The notes below the pieces were generated by a model. That model was not told the origin of the DNA. It saw only the letters and a list, made by a program, of their open reading frames with translations, and searched no databases. A program made the position numbers and the translations under genes. A stretch of DNA of 64,000 bases from Parasitella parasitica NRRL 2501 (taxonomy: Eukaryota > Fungi > Mucoromycota): positions 62,001 to 126,000 of the forward strand of contig MU619318.1 in the NCBI GenBank assembly GCA_025201805.1. Direction: 5' to 3'. Shown here one piece after another: positions 10,290-23,559 of this stretch (positions are counted from its first letter, which is position 1; each line of letters begins with the position of its first letter).

Positions 10290-13156
10290 ATGTATGAAGA
10301 ACCACCACCTTTGCCGTTTCCATCATTACAGAATCTTAAAGTAGTTGCAGCCGATATCTTGAAAAATCAAAGAAATCCAACGACCCCAGATGTGGAATTT
10401 CGATTCTTTGAGCCAGAGCCAAGCAATTCGCAAACAGAGAAGAAGACTAGGCCAACGAATAAAGCATGCGAAATCTGCAAAAAAAAAAAGGTGAGGTGTG
10501 ATGTAAATTCGTTTCCCAGCGAGCATTGTACAAGAACAAACTGCCAGTGCTTACATCATGAAGCTGTCTCAAAAGAAGATCAAGCGGACGCTCCACTTTC
10601 TCCGTCGACGTCGTCTGTTGCTACTGCCAACACACCAGCACCACAGTCCAGCGAATCAATACCCTCTGCAACCGTATTCCGTAAACCCGGATTACTAAAG
10701 TCAGGCCATTATACAGGGGAAACCTCATTTTGTGGTTATCTGCCTTCTTTAAAACAGCCATCTGTGATACTAGCTGAAGAAAGTTTCCCTACATTTAAAC
10801 CGCTCCCAAAAGAGCCGTCTATTGATGCAAGTGACAAATTGTACCTGATAGACGTCTACTACGAAAACATGAATCCATTCTACCCTTTGATGGCAAAACA
10901 AGAGATGTTATTTCAGCTCAATCATCCCAAAGGCAGCTACCTGTCGCCCCTCTTCTTTTACGCTTTATTTGCACGTGCTGCCCATATGGAAACAGCTGGC
11001 AAGCTCGCAGCCGACAATCGCTCTTTTCAATCTCTCGGCACCGAATGTATGAATTATGTGTCCACGCTTGTCAATTATTACAAGGACAAACCACGGATAA
11101 GCACGGTGCTGGCTTTAGTGATCATGACGAACCATCTGGAGCAAGAAAAGAAGCACCAAGACCTTACCAAAGCATGGCTCTGGGCTGGGGAGGCATTTCG
11201 CATGGCGCTTGATTTGGGGATCCACAGATCCATTATTTCCACTGAATCCGACTCCACAGGGCAGCTGTGCATTCGCACATTTTGGCTGGCCTACATAGCT
11301 GATTGCACGATAAGTATGACCTATGGAAGACCATCTGCCACCGAAGAAAAAGTTCTGTAAGCGATTTGAAGAAAAGGGATACCACTGCCTTATTTGTTCG
11401 CTAACCTTCTTTCTTGTTTGTCTCACAAAGTGATGTTACATTACCAATTAAGATATCAACTGACGATAATGCCACGGCTCAGTGGATAGACGGCTTGAAT
11501 TCTCTGATTGCGCTGAGCAAAGTTACTGCCAGAGTCATCAAGTTCAACTATTGTCCACCGCCCCCGTTTATCATTCAGGGACCGGTCAAGGTATGCAAAA
11601 TCCATTGAGTCTCGTTGCAACAAGGTATCTCATCTGCTTGTTGTATTTAGCGTCATAATGCCTTTTTGGTCAGTGTAGATTCTTGGCTTATCGACATCAT
11701 TCACCCTATGAAGGAGCCTGAATCGCCTATATTCAACTCTCCCAATGTCATTATGGAAGAGCCAATCATCTCCAAAAGGATTGCGTTCCAGAAACAAATG
11801 TTTTTGTACACGAACTTGATTCTGCTTCATAGACCGTACGTTAACGACGTACTAGCGGTTAGAAATACGACTAATCGACCATCCTACGACATTTGTTCGT
11901 ATGCGGCTGTCATCATCACTGAAACAGCAAGGAAATTAGACTCTACTGAACTGCTGTATCATTCGAAATCGCCCATGATTGCATATGCTCTTGTTATGGC
12001 CCTTCGTGTGCATATCATGAATGCTGCGAGCGCGAACCCAGACAAGTACAATGCCAACAAAAACTTTAGCATTAGCCTCGCCACCCTGAGCAAATTACCT
12101 CAATCTCAGGACACTTTATCCATGTTGCACCATGCCCTCATTGATTTAGAACAACAGTATAATAATAGATTCTCCCTTGCTCAAGAGCGAGAAGACGATA
12201 ACCGTATTCAGCAGCAATTGAACCAACCTGTCGTCACTGCCGCTCAAATCGTCTTTTCCCCAGGCACAACCGAAAAGAGAAAAGACCGATCTAGCGGGAA
12301 CACTGAAAAATCAGCACCGTCGCAAACGAGCGAACTCAGTGCATCTTTGCGCAATTCCATTGTCATCAAAGATTATAATCATCGCATAGATGCAACAAAT
12401 AAGAAAAAGAAGAAAGCCAAACTGCAGCAATCGCACGTGGACAATCAACAGCAGAAGCTGAAGCTAACACAGAAGCAAAAGCAGCAAAGCCTGCAACGTG
12501 TATTTCCTTCTTCTTCCAACGGCATTGAAGACCAAAAGCAACAAGTACAACAGCAGCAAGATCAATTCCAGATTAAGTTCGATAAAGATAAGCCTATTCA
12601 ATATACACAACACGCAGAGCATCCACCACCACCAGCGCCAGCGCCACAACAGCAACAACATCAATTTCAGTTTGACAATACTATTACACAGCAAAACATT
12701 GGGTATTATATGCAATATATATCCAACAACAATAATACGATAATAGCAAATCCTGTCAAAGAAGCCAACTCTTCAATGACATTCTCTTCACTAGACTTTC
12801 CAATGATACAACAGCAAGAACCGTATTGCTATGACTCTAGTGCAACCGCAGATACTGCAACTGCATCAAATGCTGAGCCACAGCAGCCGCAACATCAGCA
12901 ACACCAGTCGTTTTTAGATGCCAATACTGCCAACACTGATCTCGATAAATTTTTATCTTCTCAAATGGACTTTGATTCTATATTCTTTAATGGTCTATGT
13001 AATCAACAGCAGAATTTTGTACCGGATGAGGCGGTGTCCCTATATTGTGTAGCAGCACAAGATGATACGATGGGTGTATTGATTACTAGAGCAAACGAGT
13101 CTTCTACCACGACTACATCAACTTCGTTCAATGATTCCAGCAATTTCACTTATTAG
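10290..13156 (+). CDS. Zn2Cys6-type fungal transcription factor with fungal-specific middle homology region and Q-rich C-terminus
   Basis: KACEICKKKKVRCD; AFRMALDLGIHR, RTFWLAYIAD, S-M-T-YGRP; ILLHRPY. Introns 11357-11430 and 11591-11650. Confidence 0.9.
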
Positions 13157-16100
13157 TTTTTTATATTTTTTTTATTATTTATACCACCATATACTCCCTT
13201 TATTTCCCTGTATTATTATTATGACTCTATTGTTATACGGTTCAGCCTGAAATTACATAAAATGCTCGAGTTTTTTTTTTTTTTCTTGTGTGTTGTAAAG
13301 AAAATCTGGTGCACCAACACTAGGGTTACATTTTGTTAAACTCTAACTCTTCTTTGGGAGGATATGCCGCATTAAGAACAACGTTATAAACCTGTGCTTT
13401 TCTTGGTGGAATTCTTGTGTATTACCACAATATTTTTTGAAGCGTACAGTACCTGATCGCGATCGCGAATTTTTGAAATGAATTCTTCAAAATAGGTTTG
13501 CTGTGCATTATGAAACTGAAATGCAGTGTTTCTACTTTAGAGTAGAAAAACTGTAACTGAATGACAGTAGATGTGAGAATCAATATGGTTTTATACTGAG
13601 AAACTTGCAAATTCATAAAAAGATTTATTACTAATAAATTGATAAAAAGCTTTTGCAACCATAGCACTGTTGATTAAAGAACGTGCTATCGCTTTATAGT
13701 AAATCTAATGCAAACAAGCGAGTTTTTGAGCTAGATAATGGCAAAGTGGTTTATGACACATGATATTCTATGATTGATATATGATTCCCCATTGCTACTC
13801 AATCCGGTTGAACTCACTAATAACTTTTTCGACTATCAAAGATCCAATTGCTGATGATTTGAGCTCTCCTTTGATTCTGTTTCTGCATTTAATGCTGAAA
13901 ATAACCTAAAACATAGTATTTAGAAGCGATTTCTTTGTTTAGATCAATTGTAGACAAATATTTATTCAAGCGAAACGTGATAGATACTTTAATTAGTCCT
14001 TAATACATTGCTATATGTACAAACCGCACATGTAATCCGCATGTTGAGCGAAAACACACTCTATAGCACTTTTCGTAGCATTGCATAATAAAAACAACGT
14101 AAGAAGTTAGACATTATAAATAAGTATGTACATAATAAATATGCATTTTCCACTCACAAAAGTGTCGATACTTATGCTGCTAAAAACTTATGCATTTATA
14201 GGTACACTACGGCTTTGTTTTTTTAATAAAGGTGGGATCTTTTATACGCACTCAATAGCTTTTCTCGTTGCCAACCTTGTTCAAAAACCAAGTATAACGG
14301 CATTGAGGTTACAATAGACTCGTCCAAATAGTGTGATCTTTATGTATTAACCCCTTTTGAAAAGCATTTTTTAGTTGAAAGCAAAAATCCCTGAATACAT
14401 ATAATATATTGTTGCTGATCGTTGTAGACAACGTGGGACGCTTATCGATATGTATAGGTTGCACTTGTCAGTCCATGGCTTTTTCATTTCAAGTATATAC
14501 GGTTGTTGATATTCTCAAGACAAAACTGCAAATCAGACATCACGTACCGCTTCTATTTAGCTCTTTAATACTGTTACAATCCTTTGCCTGCCTTTCTACT
14601 GATTTCCAGTTCAAATGAGCTAAAATTTGTTTGTCTCTGAATGCAGCCACTTTAACATACGTTATCGACCAGTTCTTCATGGCAGATTTGCTGAAACAAG
14701 TAGAAACAGTTAGTACTCTATGAAGTCAATTTTCTCTGGATTTTCAATCAATTGTCTCTGTATCCATCAAATTGTTGTTGTTCGAGATAATAGTACCTGG
14801 TTCAATGTCATCAAATATAATATATGTCCTAAGCGATTGCCATCTTGAGTATGCCATATAAAAGAAACTCTTGTTTTCCTCATACAATAACCTGCTCAAA
14901 GCTACCAGAGCATTTTGAAAGGAGACTGTCTGGAAAGCGTTCTGGCGAGCACATGTGCATGTAATCAATATTTTTCACAGCGTGATCGTAAGGCTAAATG
15001 TGATGAAAACAAGCCGAAAAGCACTCAATATTGCCACTTGGCATAACTTTACAATAGTACTGTGTTATCAACCAACAACAAATAAATATTATGGCGCCAA
15101 AAAGAGAAAAGATCAGATCATGAAAACCATCCCCCTGAACTATATGCGTCTTTTGCGAGAAGGATAATATCGGACCAGCAGCATCAAAATCGTATGTACT
15201 GTATGTACTTGTATGTAGCACAAGTTGGGCATTTGTATGCCTTTCGTTGCACTGCAATATATAGTAATAAACGGCAGCTAAATGTGTATACAACACGTTT
15301 TGCAATATATATATATATATATAATTGGTTTCCTTGCTGTCTAGATCCACGTTATATATCAAACAAAACGACGCATCGAAAAAAAAAAAAAAAAAGATAG
15401 ATTTCTTTATGAGAAATGGGTTTTCCTCTCTTACTGCCCTTGGTTTATCCCCTACAGTCCTGGTTTCATGGATTTCATTGTGAGAGATACACGTGCAAAA
15501 GATGAATCACGGTCCTTTTATTGTCATCATTCAAAGGAGTCTAGCTAAGTAGTCAAAAAGGGACAGGCATTGAAAAGGTGCTCGCACTTTCATAGTCTAT
15601 TAGGGAGGTCAGTCCAAAAAAAACACAGCTATTTTAATAGTGCAAGGGGATCCCAGTATATTTAAAGATCATTTTATATATAACTTTATGGCATTTGACA
15701 GAATTTTCTTAAATTTAATATATGACAGTGTTACCAACATCAATTTGTAGGGTTATGTTACATGTCTATTTAAGGGTCAAGCCATCAAACCATCATGGGT
15801 CTTTGCTATAACTGTAGAGAAGAAAGGTAAACCTAAATAAGAATGTAGTATATATGCATACTGGGTGCAAGAATGATATACATGCAGATGTTATACAATA
15901 CATATATTGTCAGCTGTTTGCTAAGACTAAAAATATCAGTTGCTAGCAAGATGTGGCAAGTTCTATACTGATTTATTGTATATATTTATACAAACTAAAG
16001 GGGCATGAGGGGGGGGGGGGAGGGATAGATCAGAAAATAAACAGCTGGTTGACAGGTCGCTTATATAGGCAATAAACCTCGATTTATTATGTGTGTGTTG

Positions 16101-16396
16101 TATGTACTAATCGTACTAGTTGGTGTAACTTTTATTCCTCCTCCTAGACTATAAGACTAACACAAGGGATTTCTTTCCTCCTCAACTCCACCTCCTCCTG
16201 GGCCTCCTACACATTGACTTGCTTCTCCTGGTTGAATCACTCGAGGCATCACCTCCTCTCTTTATTTCCTGCTATAGTAGTTTACTCGTGTATTGTGTGA
16301 TTCAGAACAAATAAATAAACAGAAAATATATAAATACATGATGCTTGCCTACTTCAATTAAAAAGATATTTCTTCTTCTCTATTAATACATTAAAC

Positions 16397-17600
16397 ATGG
16401 CTTCTACTACCACTACTACTGAACCCGTCATTGAACCCACCGTCCCCGCCGTCGCTGCTGAGACTCAACAAAATGAATCAACAGAGACACCTGTAGTCGA
16501 GGAATCTACCACCGCCGAAGCCACTGTTGCTGCTGCTACCGAAGAAACCGCCGCTACCGAAGAAACTGCCGCTACCGAGGAGACCAAAACTACTCTTACC
16601 AAGCGTCGTACTATCTTTAACCCCTTTGGCAAGTCCAAGAAAGAGGAAGCTCCTGCTACCACTGCTTCTACTGAGGAAGCCCAGCCTACTGCTTCTACTA
16701 GTACTGATAGTGGATCTCCCAAGAAGTCAGTATTCAGCAACTTATTTTCCAGAAAGGTATAGTGTTTAGTTTAGAATGGGCAATGCATTCAATGTATTAA
16801 ATACACGTATAATTTGACAGACTGCATCCAAAGCTAGCGAAAAGGCTGCTGCTGCCGGTGCCACTGAAACTGAAAATACCGTTCCTACCGAGTTGCCTCA
16901 AATTGAACAACTTCAGCCTATTGAAGCTGATATCAATGTAGAAGAAACTCAAAAGGAAGACAAGGAAGAACCTACTGTCACCGAAGCTGTTAAGGAGGTT
17001 GCCGAAGCTGTTCAAGCTGAGGTAACCGAAGTTGTTAATGAGGTTGAACAAGCTGCTACCCAAGTTGTAGCCTCTGTTTCTGACAAGCGCCAGTCATTCA
17101 TTAGCAAATTTTTTGGCAAGAAGAAGCAGGAAGCTGCAAGCAGAGAAGTCGAAGAGACTACTGCTGCTGCCACTTCTGAAGTCACTGAAGTTGTAGTCGA
17201 AGCAAACGCTGAAAACACCGAAGAACAGGCCAAAGAGGGTAAGATTGATGTATTACACAATGAAATAATATATTAAACTGACAACGTCGATTATATAGAA
17301 TCAACCACAGAAGTAGTTACTCCTGTTGCATCTACATCCCGTCCCTCTTCTCCTCTCGGTAGAATAACCGAGTTATTCACAAAGAAGAACACTAAAAAGG
17401 CAAAATCAGCTACAACTGACGACCAAGAAGCCCCTGCCACTGTCGCTGCTGTCACTGAGGAGCCTGCTGAAGCTGCCAAGAAGGATGAAGAGGAGCAAAT
17501 CAAGACGGAAGATATCCAAACAGCTGTTGAGGATACTAATGTCGCTGATGCTGCTTCTGCAGCTACCTCTTCCCCTGCCGTCGTCGTTGCATCTGCATAA
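16397..17600 (+). CDS. Acidic Ala/Thr/Glu-rich intrinsically disordered protein (about 359 aa) with four basic-aromatic repeats
   Basis: Exons 16397-16756, 16821-17238 and 17299-17600 join in frame via GT-AG introns. Codon usage is strongly biased, resembling the ribosomal protein genes. Confidence 0.85.
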
Positions 17601-17899
17601 ATTTTTTTATTCAATCACTATCCTTCTAAATGTAAAATTCTTCTTTTTTTTTTTATTTCAAACCATACACTACTACTACAGCACACAGTATTTTCATCGC
17701 ACTAATTTATAATAAACAAATACTTCATACACAAAGAGAGTTTAAAATGACGCTATACTGTATAAAACCTCTGACAGTTTTACCCCTTGATTTGGGCGCG
17801 TACGCTTCGATTTAAACAGGTGTTGAATTTTAGGGTTTCAAACCTTTTCTTTCTCCTTGAACATCATCCCTTTCTTTTTTTTTTTTTTTGAAAAAAAAA

Positions 17900-19746
17900 A
17901 TGTTGGCTGCAGCAGATACTTTGATAGAACAACCCTGTCATCAAAATGAGGAGACTTTTGTAAGAAATGAGCTCATTGAACAAGTGAGAATGACCATTAT
18001 TTCACACCCTTATCTGGACGACATGTTGAGCAAGATCAGAGCTGCAGAAATACCATGGGAAGACTACAAAAATACTGGCCTAATCACCGAAGATGAAGTT
18101 GCCATGATCAAACATGTCGAAAATAAGAACACTGACGAACTTGGGTCTATCATGTCAGAGGTATACTTTGGAAAAAAGTTAGTTCCTGAATTAAAAACCT
18201 AATAATTTCAACATAGCACGGCTTGTATTATGCTGCGTTGTACCTTGAATTAATGCAAAAGTTAGCAAGAGTCGATGCTTTGCAAAAGGTGCTGATTCTG
18301 ATTCATGACATGCTGGATGGTATGTTGTTATATTTATGAAACATTTCAACAAAATCAACAAATAAATAACAGCTTCATGTTATCCTACATATAGGCAACG
18401 AGGAGAGAATAGCTCTGTTTCATGAAGCTGGCAAGAACGCTGCCGACTTTCCCTTTGAACCATTCCGCAAGTAACGTAAAATACCACCACAGCTACAGCG
18501 TGTCATTTAACAATCTAACGGTTCATTTATTAGCGCATTACGCATTGGTGATGAGTTTATAGGTATTCAATCGAGCAAAATATTAACACTGTTAATATGG
18601 TAAGTGTAGTCTCTGTGATACAGAATGTCTACCAAGCGTAACCTAACATTTCATACAAGCTCTACATCGCAACGTGATGTTGACATCCACGAATTCTTCA
18701 GATGGATGACATTCCAACTTCAAAGCCAACACCCGCACGTTATCGAGTTGAACGTTCAAATTTTGGATGCCTTATTTCACATTCCTGCATACAGAAAAGC
18801 TTTCTGGAACACAAATCATGCCATCGATTCGCTTGTCAATCTTTTGAAGAATGCGCAAGCCAAGAATATAGGCCCTCAAAAGATTTACGAGCTCACATTT
18901 GCCATTTGGCTCTTGACATTCGACAAGGAGATTGCAAAGAATTTGGATAAAAAATGCCAAATCATTCCTACATTGGTCGAATTGGCTAAATCGGCATTAA
19001 AGGAAAAGATTATCCGCGTTATCATTGCTACCTTTAGAGTACGTATGGGCATATATGTATAGCAATTCAAAAAGGAAGAGGCTGACACATAGTGAAAGAA
19101 CTTGCTTGAAAAAGCACCCGCCGAGAACATGTCTGCTATGCTGGTTGCTAAATTATTACCATTATGCGAGCATCTTGCAACTAGAAAATGGACTGATCAA
19201 GAGATTTCGGACGATATCGAGTTCACCCAAAATGAATTGCAGCAGAATTTTCAAAGTCTAAGGCAAGTGTGCTGTTAGCCGCAAGTGAATCAAAGTTTTC
19301 CAGGTGCTAATTCTAAATTTGCAGCACATTTGAAGTTTATGCTTCTGAACTCGAAACGGGCATGTTGCAATGGAGCCCCTCACACACGTCTGAAATTTTT
19401 TGGAAACAGAATGCAGCTCGCCTTAACCAGGACAATCAGCAAATGTTGAGGCAGTTGACTCGACTTTTGAGCACGTCTGCAAACCCTGTTGTATTGTCAG
19501 TTGCATGCCACGATATTGGCCAGTATGTAAAGTATAATGCAAAGGATGGAAAGAGGTAAGGGAAATTGATATTAAGCCTCATTAGTTTACTGGTGTTGTT
19601 GACTGGATTTTTTTTTCCCGTCGTGATTTAGATACTTGGAGCTATTTGGTGCTAAACAAAGAGTGATGGAATTAATGACTCATGAAGATGCTAATGTCAG
19701 ATACCATGCCTTGTCGGCCACACAAAAGTATTTCGCCATGACATGA
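17900..19746 (+). CDS. VMA13: V-type proton ATPase subunit H
   Basis: IRAAEIPWEDY, YELTFAIWLLTF, KEKIIRV, LSTFEVYASELETGMLQWSPSHTSEIFW, VACHDIGQYV, GAKQRVMELMTHEDANVRYHAL. One intron is GC-AG. Confidence 0.95.
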
Positions 19747-19787
19747 GTTGAATAAAAATGTGTTTTTATATGATGATACGGCAGAGT

Positions 19788-21418
19788 CTAAACTTCCAAG
19801 GCTTTGAGCATTATATTCAGGCCATGTTCAAGTGTTTCCCATGGTAATGCAAATGTAAGACGGAAAAATCCCGGATGTTGCGTATGGAACGCAAAACCTG
19901 GAGCAAGATACACACCCCCGTTGATCATATTGTGCCATAGTTGATTTTCATCTTCAAACGTTGTATCTCTATTGTGGTTTCGCCTAACAATTGATCGAAC
20001 GTCAATCATGAAAAAGGGACCAGCCTCTCCTGGGATAAAATCAATATCGTGTTTCTTTAAAAATTGCGTTGTTCTAACATAGGTTTCTGCCAGTGCCTGT
20101 CGGTTTTCTCGCAAATATCTGTGCGTACGAATGTATTTGATGTTATGATTAATGCAATATATTTACATGATTTCTCCTTACTCGTCAATCCAGTTTTTAT
20201 CCGCGAACAAATTACACAATAATCTATCTGTAATGGTAGATATATAAGTAAAAGGGCTATAATTGCATTACGTATAGAAAAGTTGGTTAGATGAGATACG
20301 CAGCTAGATATACAATACATTCATATACTTACGCACTACGCATAAGAGCCAACCTTAAAGATTCGTTAAATTGAGTAATAATGAAGCCTACCCGGAATCC
20401 ATTGACAGCAAAGTCTTTTGACAAGCCATAAATAACATGTACAAGACTAGGGTCAATAAAATCTTTATAGTTGACACTCAAGATGGAGTTAAATGGATCT
20501 TGTTGGGAGGTGTCTATCAGATGGCTGAACGAGGACAAAGCATAGACTTCGTCAGATACCAAATGTAAGTTATGCTTGGATGCAAAGTTCAAAAATGTCT
20601 CCAAATCTTGGCGAGAGTAACATCTACACGTATACCAGTTAAAGGCTAGCATGCGAGCGTAAGGAAATATAAATCATACCTTCCTAACGGGTTGTCTGGA
20701 TTGGTAACCATCATAGACGTGATCTTCTTTCCTTCCTTTTTAGCCTGCTGAAAGACTAGCTCAAGCTCATCACCATCGACTGTCATATCCAAAAGCCCAT
20801 GAGGAAAAACTTTTACAATATTGACGCCCGTATGAACACTGATATCCAAATCGAATGCTCCATAATAAGGAGCCGGTAGCATACAGTAATCTCCTTCATC
20901 CGCGATATTCATGAAAAGTTGATTCACGGAGGCTCCAGCGCCCGTCTGCGTAAAGATATAGTCAGCTTGCATTGGATAGTGAGGTTTAAAATGCCTTGTG
21001 AAAAATGCTTGCAGTAAATTCAATAGTCCGCCCGAACCTTGAGGGGAGCCATAATTGACATCCTATAACAAACAAAATGTTTTTCGTATACTGCTGTACA
21101 TCAAAAGAAAATCATTAGTGCGCTGTCAACTCACGTTTGGCTCAATCTGGAGACATTGCTGGCACTTTTTTTTTGTTTTCGTTTTGAGAAATGACATTAA
21201 AAACTGACTGAGGGATTGTACAAATGCACAAGGTTTAAAGACTGTACCTTTTCAAAAACTTCTTTGTGTAAAAGGTCATTGTGAGCAAGTCCCAAATTCA
21301 ATGCTCCTTGAGGATTGAACTCGGGGTGCTGTAATTTGTTGATGACTTCCATGAATGCCTTGTTGAGTGGACATTCCACAGCGAGATTTCTTGCTGCTCT
21401 GTTGGAAATCGATGCCAT
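19788..21418 (-). CDS. PLP-dependent class I/II aminotransferase, ACC-synthase-like
   Basis: NPQGALNLGLAHN, PAPYYGAFDLD, TNPDNPLGRCY, HLVSDEVYALS, YGLSKDFAVNGFRVG (PLP Lys), PGFFRLTFA. Confidence 0.9.
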
Positions 21419-21619
21419 TTTTGGATTTGTTTTAAAAAAAGACGAAATAAACAAAAAAAAAAAGGCAGAGAAAAGAGAAAACAAGCTCTAGTTCAGTGCT
21501 TTTTTGTATTAATCGAAGGATCCCCGCGCAAATATTATGACGTATAATGGCTTTGGTTGGTTTTTAGACGATAGTCTGATTAAACAGAGATGAAATTATG
21601 AAGTTACAAGATGTGATAC

Positions 21620-22060
21620 ACATGCTATTTAAGAGAGATCGGCTACAACCACCAATGCAGATATTTTGTTTTCGTTAGAATCTTTTTGGCAGGCTTGTTG
21701 CCCAGCTTTTTGAGAACTTGCAACCCTGCGTTGAGTTTCATGAATGCGAATGTAGATCGTTGTTATGTAAATAATGAGGCTGTTGCTTACGTATTCCGAA
21801 TCCTCCACTTGCTGCCAGCTCATTTAAAATTATGCGTGAGTTGGCAGCCGAGCAGCCTGGTGGTATTCCTAATATCAGAATGGCTTTTCAATCACAGGTT
21901 GTGTCTGACCCAGAACAACACAAAACACTAACAGCAATGAAACTTGGTACATTGGTCATTGATGGTGATAATGGCGAGGGCAGTGAGCACGTCTCTGGAA
22001 GTAAAATCACCAACTGGAGTCATAATCTGTTTTGAGATCAATTCCGGATGAATTTACGTA
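21620..22060 (+). mobile_element. Degenerate Helitron Rep/Helicase N-terminal coding fragment
   Basis: The frame-broken peptide NPPLAASSFKIMRELAAEQPGGIPNIRMAFQSQVVSDPEQHKTLTAMKLGTLVIDGD resembles, from memory, the Helitron segment NP.A.SFK.M...VRM.F...D.RRYN.PTA.EVG.LIVG.D. Stops and frameshifts flank it. Confidence 0.55.
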
Positions 22061-23102
22061 CTAAAAGGCTCAATTCAGTTGACTCAGTTTCTTTATCCCC
22101 CTCATTAGTTGGTCATACGAATTGATGCCCTTATTATTCTGCTAAGAAGGTTAAATCATCCTGCTGCTACGCTTTGCAATAGGAAATCGTACCGTTAAAT
22201 GCTCTTTATCGGCGTTTAAAACCAATTTTGCAATTCTGTCTCGAGTTGATGATTTTGGACAAAAAAAACATTTTTACCCTCTCAAAGAATTATTTAGAGC
22301 TAAAGCACCTAGCTACCAAACTTTGTGTTTTTACTTTTTTACATGTTATTTAACGCGCTCTACAGTATCTTGTTTTTTTTTTTTCAAAGAATCACCGAAC
22401 TTGTCTTGGAAAAGTTGAAAAACTGAAAAACCAGAATTTCCTGAATAAATAAAAAACCTGGAATGTAAACCGGTCAAACCAAGTGCTTAGATGAAAGAGG
22501 GAACTCGTAGATACATTTTTTATTAGTATGCATTATTGTAAAAAGCTTCGCCTTTCGGGTTAAAAATCACGGTTTGTGCGAAATGCCTTTTTTCCCCTAT
22601 GGACCCCTCATGCAATTTTACCAAATTTTGGTGAAAAGTCAATTGTCTCCAAAAGGTGCGAAAACAGACCAGTATGTTGCTTTGAACACAGGGCAATCGT
22701 TTAAGATGCTTTAGAGCGCTTTAAATGACCAAAATGCATATAATATTACCTCTTTAAATGCTTATTTGGGAGATTTTGGTTGAAAAATGCCAATCTAAAT
22801 GTATCGACTGTTGTTCATCGCACCTGGTGTTTTTCTAACAAGTGGAGCTATGATTTGTACATCGAACAATAATTCGATTAAAGTTTTCGAGTATTGTAAG
22901 CAAGTTGAATGTTTAAATAAGTTCATTATATGGATTTTTTTTTTTTGTTAAATCTATAGTCAAATTTAGCAGACCTCCAGAAAGCTGTTGCTATGCTCAT
23001 AAAAAATATCAAAAAACGTGTCTTTGAGTATTGTGTCGTGGTTATTGAAATCTTTTCAAGACTTGTTGGTAAGCTATAGTAGGCCTACCAAGTTATTCTT
23101 TA

Positions 23103-23216
23103 GAATATGATTTTGCGACATGAAAGATGATCTGAAAAGAAATGTATAAGGATGTTCTTCCGAATATTATATTTGCGACATAAAAAAACGATAAAAAGAC
23201 ATGTATAAGACATGCT
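23103..23216. repeat. Imperfect tandem duplication, period about 59 bp
   Basis: GAATAT..TTTGCGACAT..AAAAGA(A/C)ATGTATAAG occurs at 23103-23157 and 23162-23216. Confidence 0.6.
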
Positions 23217-23559
23217 GGAATACATCTGGAATCGGAAACTAAATGACCAACCATCATATAAACTTCTCAAATTTATACAACATGAATGTATCTAGCTATA
23301 AAAAAATACAGTATAATAAGAGTAACTTTTAGTTATCTAATGATGCTTTATAAATAAAATAAGCCTATTTTTCCATACGTTTAAGTTTTCTACATTATCT
23401 ACTTTGTGATGCCTAACCCCTCTTTAATAACTAACGATTGAGCAACGTCATCCAGCATGGGTTCATTCGCTTTTTTTGAGTCAAGCGGGGAAGACTTGAG
23501 GGGGAAAAAACAAAAAGCTCTCTCTCTCTATCCCCCCACTCTTTCCATTCAATTACACA

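Noticed and set aside
13319-13330. TAGGGTT telomere-like word (also near 17830)
   Set aside because: These are single copies with no tandem array.
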